DNA from: the human T2T-CHM13v2.0 reference genome, Homo sapiens
Assembly (NCBI RefSeq): GCF_009914755.1
Contig: NC_060925.1
Length of the DNA: 64,000 bases
Direction: 5' to 3' (one strand)
Of the stretch, positions 34,810 through 56,016 are shown in pieces. Made by a program: the position numbers and the translations under genes. Within the stretch, counting starts at the first letter, position 1. Every line of letters begins with the position of its first letter. Below the pieces are notes generated by a model, which saw nothing but the letters and a program-made list of their open reading frames with translations, had not been told where the DNA came from and made no database searches.

Positions 34810-35340
34810 TACACGTGCCTGTGTGATGCACTCTTAGCTCTGGAAGCTGGCTTCATACCACCCGACGGCATTTGCTCTGTGACTGCCTACGGGTTGGGGT
34901 ACGTTCCCTCCCCCGCCCTGCCACTTCGTGGCAGGCTTCGTGTCTCTCAAAGCCACGCAGGGACATTGCCCAGGTTCCTGCACCCACCCAAATTCTAGGA
35001 GGAACAGGGCGGAGGCTGACATCGCGCATGCGCCTCAGCGCACGCCGGCGCAGCCTCTCTCCTTCCTCATCGCCTCGCGCTCCCACCCCACCCCGAGAGC
35101 AAAGGAGGGAAGCGATTGGGCACGCTAGTTGTCCATCAGACCAGGCTCTCTTCTCCCTCAACACCATTGGCAGACGGAGAAAAGGCCAGTCCGCCGAGGT
35201 CTTCCTACCCCTTGGAGACTCAGCGCCACCGCGGAAGCAGCTATTGGCGGAGGCCAGGGGCCGCGACTGCTCACTTCCGGCGCGGGCCTAGACGATTTCT
35301 CCCCCTCCCCCGCCCTCCGCCTTCCCACCCCCCGCCCTTC
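34810..35340 (+). promoter_or_regulatory. INTS3: TATA-less CpG-island promoter of INTS3
   Basis: CpG-rich; E-box CACGTG 34812-34817; NRF1 palindrome GCGCATGCGC 35024-35033; inverted CCAAT boxes at 35115, 35166, 35243; ETS/GABP CACTTCCGG 35272-35280; GC boxes. Confidence 0.85.
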
Positions 35341-35903
35341 CACTATGGCCGCTTCTGTGTGGTGTGGGGAGACGCTGGTCCTCCCCGTCCTCCCATAGCG
35401 CTTATTGCCTCACCCTCACCCCCTAGGGGCCGGATCCAAAGGCGCTGCACTCCCCAAGCCTTGGGGCATCAGCCAGGAAGGTTTCCTACCTCCTAATTCA
35501 GGGGCAGGACTCCTCTTTTCCCCCCACGGGGAAAAGAGGCAGAAACTTAGGGGTTTCCCTCCTTTCTTAGGGTCAGACGCTCTTAGGGTCCACTTCTTCA
35601 GGGGCGGAAGCCTCTCCTACCCTTCCCATAGGGGCACAGGCCTTTACCCCACTGTACTTCGGAGCCAACGCCTTTCCCTCAGCACTGCCACCCCAGAGTC
35701 AGGACCCAGAGGACTGTGCCTTCGCCCCCAACGCAGGCGCGGCCTTTTGGAGAGGAGGGAGGAGTGGAGAGGACAGGGGCCCTTGCTCTCCCCTCCCCAA
35801 CTTGTTCCTCTTGCCCCCCAGTCCCTGGCAATCCAGAGATCCCGATATCTAGGACTGTCCATCCATCCACTCCCTGACCTTTTCCCGGCTCCTGGCTGCA
35901 GCC
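35315..35903 (+). other. INTS3: INTS3 5' UTR (start approximate)
   Basis: Unique sequence between the promoter motif cluster and the gccATGg start; the TSS cannot be fixed from sequence alone. Confidence 0.6.
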
Positions 35904-36053
35904 ATGGAGTTGCAGAAGGGAAAAGGGGCGGCAGCAGCAGCAGCTGCTTCGGGAGCAGCGGGAGGTGGAGGAGGAGGAGCGGGAGCAGGAGCCCCAGGAG
36001 GGGGGAGGCTGCTACTTTCAACCAGTTTGGATGCCAAGGATGAGTTAGAGGAG
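35904..36053 (+). CDS. INTS3: Integrator complex subunit 3 (SOSS-A), coding exon 1
   Basis: Kozak gccATGg; MELQKGKG-A7-SGAA-G6..LLLSTSLDAKDELEE; donor gtaggt. Confidence 0.97.
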
Positions 36054-36854
36054 GTAGGTGTGGGGGGAGGGAAGGGAGTTAAGAAATTGGGTTTTGGAGG
36101 GATACTGGAGCGGATACCGGGTGGGAGGACGGGGGGTGGGGGCGGGGGTGGAGGCTTTCAAGTTTTTTCTGAAGTAACACAAACACTGCTCCAGCTTCCT
36201 GCTCCTGAGGGAAGAAATGTGGGCCAACTTCCTGGACAGGTTGTCATAGTAACAGCAGCCACTAGTATGAAAATGGGTGGGGGGTGTTGGTGAAGGAAGG
36301 GATACAACATCCAGGTTTACCGAATTTATTTTTGACATTCCTTTCGACATACACACCCCAGCTATTTTTACTATCAACCCTGTTTCAGACTTAGGTCAAT
36401 ATATTGAGTTGAGATGTAATGTATGTCTGTGTAGATGTTTGGGGGCTGGTAAGAGCTGGCAGTAGACCTTGGACCCTCCTGTTAGATGCTATCATTGACT
36501 TCGTGTAGACACAACCAATTGCCAGTGATGTTAACTGGGCATCTAGAATGAGTGAAGACTTAAGAAAAGTGAGTAGTGTTTAGTTTGGTGGCATCAGCCA
36601 CTGTAGTGGGGTGAATGGTACCTAGGGGATTCTCCTTCAGAACCAGATAGCACACACACAGGAGAGAACACATCGCTTCTGAAAAAGAAGGTGGAGCGAA
36701 GAAATGGAATGGACCTGAATGAGGACTTCAGGGGACCTGATAGTTGCCCCTCCTGTCCTCTTACCCAGCTTTCTCATTCTGCCATCTCAGAGTTGATCAC
36801 GTATACCTTTCCACTCCTACAAACGAGAATATGTACTTAAGAATATGAGATCTA

Positions 36855-47670
<10,816 letters not shown>

Positions 47671-47921
47671 CTAAGTCTCTTAATATATGGGTTTCCCTCA
47701 CTTTTTTTCTTGCGATTTATGTGTTAAAGAAATCAGGTCACCTGTTTATGGTTTCCACATTTTAGATTTTGCTGGTTTTATCCTCATGGTGACTTTATAA
47801 GTAAACTGGCAGCTAGATCAATGGGCATGATCAGGTTTGAATTGTTAAACTTTTAGGGGCCCAGAAGTACTTCCTAAGTGGTGTTATGACACACTGTTCA
47901 TTTTTTCTCACCCCTTCCCAG

Positions 47922-48005
47922 AGATTGGAAAGGTGTATGAGCATTGTGACATCGATGACTGCTGGTGTCTCGGAGAGAGAAGCCAATGATGCCCTCAATG
48001 CGTAT
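47922..48005 (+). CDS. INTS3: INTS3 exon 2 (RLERCMSIVTSMTAGVSEREANDALNAY)
   Basis: cccag/gtaagt sites, 84 nt, phase 0-0. Confidence 0.96.
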
Positions 48006-48555
48006 GTAAGTAGAATGCTGTCCCTGCAGCCACTGCTGCTGCTGTGAAGGTCTTGAAACATGGTCAAAAAGATGGAAAGACTAAGTGGTTGGGGGTAGGG
48101 GACTGAAATTCATCAAGTCTTGGCTCCCTGAATCAAATTTCTCAATTCTTCTCTTTTACTGTGGGAGCCTATCTCTTGGAGCCTTGGGCATCTTTCAGTA
48201 CAGCTTTTTATTTTTATAGCAATGTGGTCTCGCTATGTTGCCCAGGCTGGAATGCAGTGATTGTTCACAGGCATGATTATAGTGCACTATAGCCTTGAAC
48301 TTCTGGGCTCAAGCGATCCTTCTGCTTCAGCCTCTGGAGTAGTTGGGACTACAGGTGTGCACCACCACACCTGTCGTCCTTATCTCTCTTCTTTTTTTAA
48401 AAATCTCTTTTAAGAGAAGGAAATCATCAGATTTAAAAGTTGATTATTCTCCTTTGCATCTTCCTTAGGAGTCCCATGTTTTCTGGGAGAAACTGAGTTT
48501 GAGAACTTACTGCCTGTGAGTGACAACTAGTTTGTTTTCCTTTCTCACATTCCAG

Positions 48556-48639
48556 GTGTGCAAAGGCCTCCCCCAGCATGAAGAAATCTGCCTGGGCCTG
48601 TTTACTCTCATCCTCACTGAACCTGCCCAAGCCCAGAAG
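48556..48639 (+). CDS. INTS3: INTS3 exon 3 (VCKGLPQHEEICLGLFTLILTEPAQAQK)
   Basis: tccag/gtaagg sites, 84 nt, phase 0-0. Confidence 0.96.
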
Positions 48640-49746
48640 GTAAGGCACCCTGCTCTGGACCCATAAACCCTCCTCATATATGATCTGGGATATGGTGGAA
48701 CTTACAGTTTAACTGGGGTAGTATGAAACTCTTCGACCAGAGCTGGATCACCTTGTTCTCCAAATATAGTTACAAGTCCCTTTTTACTCAGTGAATTGGT
48801 CATCCTCTGACTAAAGTCCTTTCTCTATCTCCAGATTCTGAAGCTAAATGGCAGTCATGAAAGTGAAAAAACAGAGTTTTAAATTTTAAATTTATGAGGC
48901 AAGGCTAAAAGGGTTGGGATTAAATCCAGGGAATAGAAGAGAACAATTGTAACCAAGTCCATGAGAGTTCTTATCCAGAAGAGCATGGCCTGTAGTTTGC
49001 AGATTCTGCCATTGGCAGGTGAATAGAAAGCAGGCTTAAAATTTTAATAGGTAGGATTTAGATGAGACAGCTTAATGTTACATGATTGATGCAGTAAATA
49101 ATGTAGTGATTAGGAGAACACTGGAGTATACTGGAGTCAGACTTCCTGAGGAATATTGTATGAAAACTTGTCTGGGGTTCTTCACAAACTGAAGAGTCCC
49201 CTTTATGTGGAATGGTTCAAGTAGGTTCCCTCCTTGAGGTGAGGGACTAGGCAGGGTGATCTCTTTGAATTCTGTGAGATAACTTGGATGTCAGAGATGG
49301 TGTCATTTGTTCAAGGGGAACCAAAGGAAAATCATTTCCGGGGATAAGAACAGGATGCTCATGGTTCCTTGGCATAGCTGCTTGAATTAACCTCAAGGGA
49401 AGGATTTATGGGCATGGGAAACTGATCTGTTTGTACTTCTGATGCCAGCTGGAATAGGGTCTGGGGTGAGGGTGGGCAGTGAGGCAGCAAGTATTCACAA
49501 ATTCTTGGTTTCCCAGGAAAGCCAAGCCCATTCTGGGCTGGGACCTTGTCGAGTTAAATTGCTGTTTCATTTTTATACTGAATTTATCATCAAGATCCTT
49601 GAAGACAAATGAATGTTTCCAGTTGGGTGGTTTTAAAGAGTGATATGATCCAGTCCAGCACATCCATTTTAAAGAAATTGTTGGCAAAGATGAGAGTAGA
49701 TGGGATGGAGTTAAAGTTTAACTTCCTCTTGTGTGGGTTTTTTAAT

Positions 49747-49749
<3 letters not shown>

Positions 49750-49777
<28 letters not shown>
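49750..49777 (+). repeat. (TG)n microsatellite, INTS3 intron 3
   Basis: Direct reading. Confidence 0.97.
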
Positions 49778-49781
<4 letters not shown>

Positions 49782-51299
49782 CGCATCATTGGCTGTGTGT
49801 GGGTTTTTATAAATACCATTCAAATTCCATTTAGTCATCTCAGTGCAAATTAGTCTTGCCTGCTGGAAAGTTTTGTTTGTTTGTTTCAGGTGATCTGAAC
49901 CAACCTGGGTAAATCAGTAAACCTAAGTGAAGGGGGCAGAGTATGTGTGGTATTTCTAGCTCTTTGCCTGGCCTATCAGTAAGAGGCCACTGGGTTCTGC
50001 AGTGTAAATGCTTATTATGTCATGAATTTGGCCATCCAGACACAGCAAGAGACTAGAGTATCTCCTCTTCTTTTTGCCCTATAACAGCCCCATGTGGGAG
50101 GCCCAGGCCCTCTGGGGAAGTGAAGCATTTGCCTCGGGTCTCATAGCTGGTTGACACCTTTGCTAGCATTCATGTTCACATGCTAAAAGTTTCCAAGTAA
50201 ATCCCCTACCTGTGAGCCTTCCTGGGCCAAGCCTCCAGGTCAGGCCTCTTCAGACAAAGGCAGTAAAGACAGAATTAGGAGGACACAGTTTTAGGCGGGT
50301 GAGGAACTATCAAGTAGTGACTCATTCAGAGACCTTGAGCCAGGTCAGAGCATGATGGAAGAATTAGTGACGTATCTCCCTAGAGCTTTGCTCCTTCTCC
50401 CTAAAAGGGTGATTATTTTGTAAAAATACTTCTGTCCTACAGAAGTTTTAGGTGGGAGTTACTGATGAGGACTGATTGTAATGCATCATTTTAGGCTTCA
50501 GCTTAAAGCAATGGGACTGTTTTCTAAGGATTTGTATTTGGGGTTAATTCTGCCTTTGGAACAGAAACCTCAGGATGTATTTGAGATTTAGTTGTTCTTG
50601 AATCTTCATGGGCTGAGATGGGAAGTGGATATGGTGGAGAAGTGTGGAAACTGAGTCTTGAACAAATAGAATACTGCTATAAGGAAGGTTGAGCTGAGGA
50701 GCCTCTGTTAGTACTGGCAGGCAGGTTCAAGGAGTTAGGGCCAACTCTCTGGGACTTAGTGGGTGGGATTAGGATGGATTGAACAGGTGAACAAGAGAAT
50801 TCAGTTAAGGAGAAAGCAGGTCAGTATTGGGAAAGAGTAGAGGATGCATGGGGTGGATTTTGTCTCACTTGTACCTTGATTTGCATCAGCCCTCTTGGCA
50901 GCCCTTAGGAATGTTTATATCCTTTGAGTTTATTTATTTTCTATTTGGTGTCTGAACTAAACAGCTGGGAGCAGGCCTGGCTGGGGAACTGTGGCAAGGA
51001 GGGAGGCTAAGGTAGAGTCCTAAGCTGTGCAGGTGCTGGCAGTCAATAGATAAAGGTAATGGGAAAGGGTCTAATGTCAAGGTCTGTCTTCATCAAAGGG
51101 TCAAGGACTCAGGCCCAGGCAGCTCTTGGTCTAGGTATTTCTCCCAGCAGGCAGCTCTAGAAAGAAGCTTGGGGGCTCTGGGGCCTAGGCTGACACATCA
51201 CTGCTCTTGACACATTCAGGATAGATGCCATCCAGTCACCAGTCACTTTTACTTTTCTTTGAGACTCTCCACTTCTCTTTTCCTCACTGAGGGTGTGCA

Positions 51300-51304
<5 letters not shown>

Positions 51305-51342
<38 letters not shown>
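51305..51342 (+). repeat. (GT)19 microsatellite, INTS3 intron 3
   Basis: Direct reading. Confidence 0.97.
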
Positions 51343-51344
<2 letters not shown>

Positions 51345-52154
51345 CATCTGCTGCTTTTCCAAGCTGGTCAGCAAACCGACACAGAGGTCGGTAACACAAC
51401 TGGCAGCCTTAGGTGTATGAAACTCTCGGTTCTCATTTGTTACCAGCAGTTGTGGTTAGTAAAGATCCCAGATGGAACATGGAACTAGGCAGACAGTATC
51501 TGCTGTCTTCATCTGACCCTGTATCTCCTGAGAGAACTTGTCCTGCTTCCCTGTCCTGAGTCTGTTCTGCATTCATTTGAACAACAAGGTTCTTCTCTAG
51601 TTAGTAATGTCTGTCTTTGGCCTGACACAGATTTTCCCTCTGCCTCTACTTCCTTTGTCCTCTGCCCATTCTGTGACTTACCTCCAGGGGAGGGTCCAGG
51701 ACTTAACTATCAATATTTGACAGTAATTCACTGGGACCCTTCATCTCTTTCTTGTTTCCTTATTTGTTTTTTTGGTCTCCCAACCATCAACCATCCCCCA
51801 GAGGGAGTCATTCTCTTTTGGGGATGAAGTTTATGGCACATGGAGGATCTCTCACTGTGGGTATTTTCATCATCAGTTGGTTTGACTTAACGACAATAGA
51901 GGCAGAAGGAAGTGGCAATAGCTAATCTGTTAGGAGTCTCTCAAGGCTAGAGAGCAGATGGTACTGAGGGGTACATTTCTTTTGAATGCATAGGATGAAA
52001 GAGTTTAGAAATGTTGCTGCACGGAGTGGCTCATGCCTGTAATCCCAGTGTTTTGGGAGGCCAAGACAGGAGAAAGGTAGAGTCTCAAAACTATTACAAA
52101 CTCATACCGCTATTCCCAGCAGCCTCTTCTGGTTATTTCTAACGTTGATACAAG

Positions 52155-52335
52155 AGGTGGTTAAGCATGTTATAGAATTGGAGTGCCTGGATTTGAATCC
52201 TGGTTCTTCCTCTAATCTCTTATGTCATCTGGGGCAAATAACTTTTAAGCTCTCCATGCCTATTTCCTCATCTGTAAAAATAATTATAATAAGTAGTACT
52301 ATTTTAAAAGGTTGTTATGTATATCAAATGCAGTA
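52155..52335 (+). mobile_element. MIR SINE
   Basis: cctggatttgaatcctggttct..ggggcaaataac..cctatttcctcatctgtaaaa. Confidence 0.8.
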
Positions 52336-52439
52336 ATATATACATATATATATATTATTGTTGTTGATGCCATCCTTGCTGTATTATTGCTTGCTATAGT
52401 ATAACAACATCCTTGCTGTACTTTTTTTTTTTTTTTTGA

Positions 52440-52577
<138 letters not shown>

Positions 52578-53512
52578 TAGCTAATTTTTGTATTTTTAGT
52601 AGAGATGGAGTTTCACCATGTTGGCCAGGGTGGTCTCGAACTCCTGACCTCAGATGATCCACACGCCTCGGCCTCCCAAATAGTGCTGGGATTACAAGCA
52701 TGAGCCACCATACCCGGCCCTTGCTATACTATATGATTATTATTTTTGATGCCATCCTTGCTACTGGTCTTCAGAGGTTGTGGGAAGCTACCTGCCTAGT
52801 TTCTACTCTTTCTGATGAGATCCTGACGGGATAGAACTCAGCAGGCTAAGGAAGTTGCTAATGAGGCCCCCTAAGGTATTCCTCCAGGAGTCTGGTCTCA
52901 CAATAGAGACAGAGTGAAAAAAAAAAAAAAACTAAGGGGGGAAGGGAAGCAATAATCTCACAGAAGAAATTAGCATGCCCTCCCTTACCTCCCCCAGGAT
53001 TTGGTATGCTAAAGCACCTTTCCTTTTTCAATAAGTGGCAGAAGGAAAGGGCATCACAGAGAAAAGAATAAAGATATTTAGTTCAGCTGGGTATGGTTGC
53101 TCATGCCTGTAATTCCAGCTACTGAGGAGGCCGAGGTGGGAGAATCACTTGAGGCCAAGAGTTTCAGCCTAGGGAACATAGTGAGACCTTGTCTCTAGAA
53201 AAAACTGTTTTAAAAATTATCTGGGCGTGGTGGTGCATGCCTGTAGTACCAGCTACTCAGAAGTTCGAAGCTGCAATGAGCTATGATCATGCCACTGCAC
53301 TCCAGCCCAGGCAACAAAGTAAGACCCCAAGTATAAAAAAACTAAAAATTCAAAAAAATATCAGTTTTGGTTCTGTCCTTAACTGTCTAGGGCCCTGCCC
53401 TGGATCTTCTTCCCTTACTACTCCCTTTGCTGTATCTGACTGGGTCAGTACTGGTCTAAAAACCTCTTTGGGATCCTTTTTGGCTTGTTCAACCAAACCC
53501 ATTTTGCAGTGA

Positions 53513-53898
<386 letters not shown>

Positions 53899-54217
53899 TG
53901 ATCCACCCGCCTTGGCCTCCCAAAGTGCTGGGATTACAGGCGTGAGCCACTGCACCTGGCTGCCCAGCAGGCTTTTCTGCCTCATTAAAGGATAACCAGT
54001 ACCTTTTCCCCACTCTGTGTGACAGAACAAGGGATAGGTTGGGAATGCAGGACCCCTGTGGAAAGAAAGTGTCCAGAATGAAAAGTATTTCATTGCTACT
54101 CGGTGTCTTATTGGTGTTATTTAAGTTTAAGGGATTAGAGGGCAAGGGGTCCACTGTGGGTGGGGTGAGGACCTTATCCTCAGCTTGCTGGCTGATCACA
54201 AACTTTACTTCTCACAG

Positions 54218-54331
54218 TGTTACCGGGACTTAGCTCTGGTGAGTCGTGATGGCATGAATATTGTCCTGAATAAAATCAACCAGATACTTATGGAGAAGTA
54301 CCTGAAGCTGCAGGATACCTGCCGTACTCAG
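54218..54331 (+). CDS. INTS3: INTS3 exon 4 (CYRDLALVSRDG...QDTCRTQ)
   Basis: cacag/gtaagg sites, 114 nt. Confidence 0.96.
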
Positions 54332-54539
54332 GTAAGGCCAGAAAGAAAAGACAAGATCCAGCTCAAAGAGAGAGGATGGATCTTCTCTCTGTCAGGAACG
54401 GGAAAGAGGAATCAGGGCTAACACACCCCTATCATTGTGTGTCTAAATTGTAATGTGCTCCTTTCAGTTGTAATTGAATTAGCTCCCTTCTCAAACTCAC
54501 AGTTCCTGCTCTTCATCTGTTTTTCCCTCTTTCCTTTAG

Positions 54540-54624
54540 TTGGTGTGGTTGGTACGGGAACTGGTGAAGAGTGGGGTTCTGGGAGCCGATGGTGTTTGTA
54601 TGACGTTTATGAAGCAGATTGCAG
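54540..54624 (+). CDS. INTS3: INTS3 exon 5 (LVWLVRELVKSGVLGADGVCMTFMKQIA+G)
   Basis: tttag/gtgagt sites, 85 nt, phase 0-1. Confidence 0.96.
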
Positions 54625-55949
54625 GTGAGTTTGATGGCAGGAGCATAAAGAAGAAAGGAGGAGAGCCCAGAGACTACATAGAGACAATGGAGAATGATTA
54701 AGTGCCAAAGGGATGGAATTCTTGGATTGCTTAGACTGTTTCCTTCTGATACAGACATCTTCTGGCCACATATGTTGTAGAAATAAATTGATTGAAAAAT
54801 CATGGGGGGCCTTTTAAAGCAGTAAGTCTTGCCTCATTTTCTTTCCTGCTAAACCCAGGGCTTGACAGAATATTTGGCCTATTTTAGCCAGTCTTCACTC
54901 TGAGATTTTATAGCATTTCAGAGCAGGAAGAAATGGGGAGAGAAGTGAGGGCAATTAATTTGTTCTCAAGTCCCTGTGCTTTCAGAAACCTAGACATCTT
55001 CCCTGGCTCCACCCCCATTATCTGAACGCTTGCTCCCTAATAATTAAGCCCTTTACTGGGGCCAGAATGAGGGACAAACTATGTCACAGAACAGACCCTG
55101 ACATTTAGGTTTTATTCTCATCTTGGCATCGGTGACATCTGTCTGAGCCATCGCATATTCAAGCGGCTACTCCCAAGATTGCATGTGTTTGTTTAAAAGT
55201 GACCTGCTACTACCTCACCATTAGCCCACTGGGACTTGCTTCCTCTTTAAAATTTTATGTAACACTGATGCTCCTGTTTTGATGTGTATGAACCTTAATC
55301 TATGTGATATGTGACTTTGTGAACATTGAATTTTTTAATTGAGACCTGGGGCAAGGCATAGTTGTAGCTATTTTTATCCTCTTTCCTGGCACTTCTTCCC
55401 TGTTTGGCACTTCCAGCCCCTGCTTCTTATCCCAAGACTGGTATGGCATTGCTGTGTGTTAATTCTGCCCCACAAAGTTTCATAGCAAGCACTAAAGACT
55501 GTTACCTGGAAATAAGAAACTCTTGGCCTGTTGGGGGCCTCAGTGCAGGACTCAGGACATCCAGTTGCTAGACTGCAGCTGTTGTCAGCCACCTGTACTT
55601 CTCAGGCTCTATCTGAGATATCATCCTTTCTTTCCAACTGTGGGCTTCTTATATCTACTTCTCAGACGTTCATTTTCAAGGGCCAAAATGTTCCCACTCC
55701 AACTCACAATCTGTGGGAAAGTAGCAGCTCTGGTTTCTAGAAAAATTCAGAACCTTCCCTTTCCTTCTTTCTGGAGGCAAAGGGTGAAACTTTAAAGCCT
55801 GACAGAACAGAAGGCAGTTTATCTCAGCAGTGAAGGGATGGCAGTAATGGGATGGCAGTCAGGGTGGACCAGCAGAATGGGTGAAGAGATGTATTGGATT
55901 GGCTGACTTGCTAATCGGAGCTATTCTTTTTTTCCCCTTTTGAAATCAG

Positions 55950-56016
55950 GTGGAGATGTTACAGCCAAAAATATCTGGTTGGCAGAAAGTGTTCTGGATA
56001 TCCTGACAGAGCAAAG
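55950..56016 (+). CDS. INTS3: INTS3 exon 6 (GGDVTAKNIWLAESVLDILTEQR)
   Basis: atcag/gtagca sites, 67 nt, phase 1-2. Confidence 0.95.

Noticed and set aside
35928-35978. Poly-Ala/poly-Gly codon runs as an expansion locus
   Set aside because: Short and interrupted by synonymous codons
35405-36043. 212-aa ORF overlapping the INTS3 start
   Set aside because: Starts at TTG, contains no ATG upstream of the INTS3 start, and GC-rich sequence readily lacks stops
54496-54502. Alternative acceptor ctcacag 37 nt upstream of exon 5
   Set aside because: CTCAC there fits the branch point of the normal acceptor, followed by its pyrimidine tract
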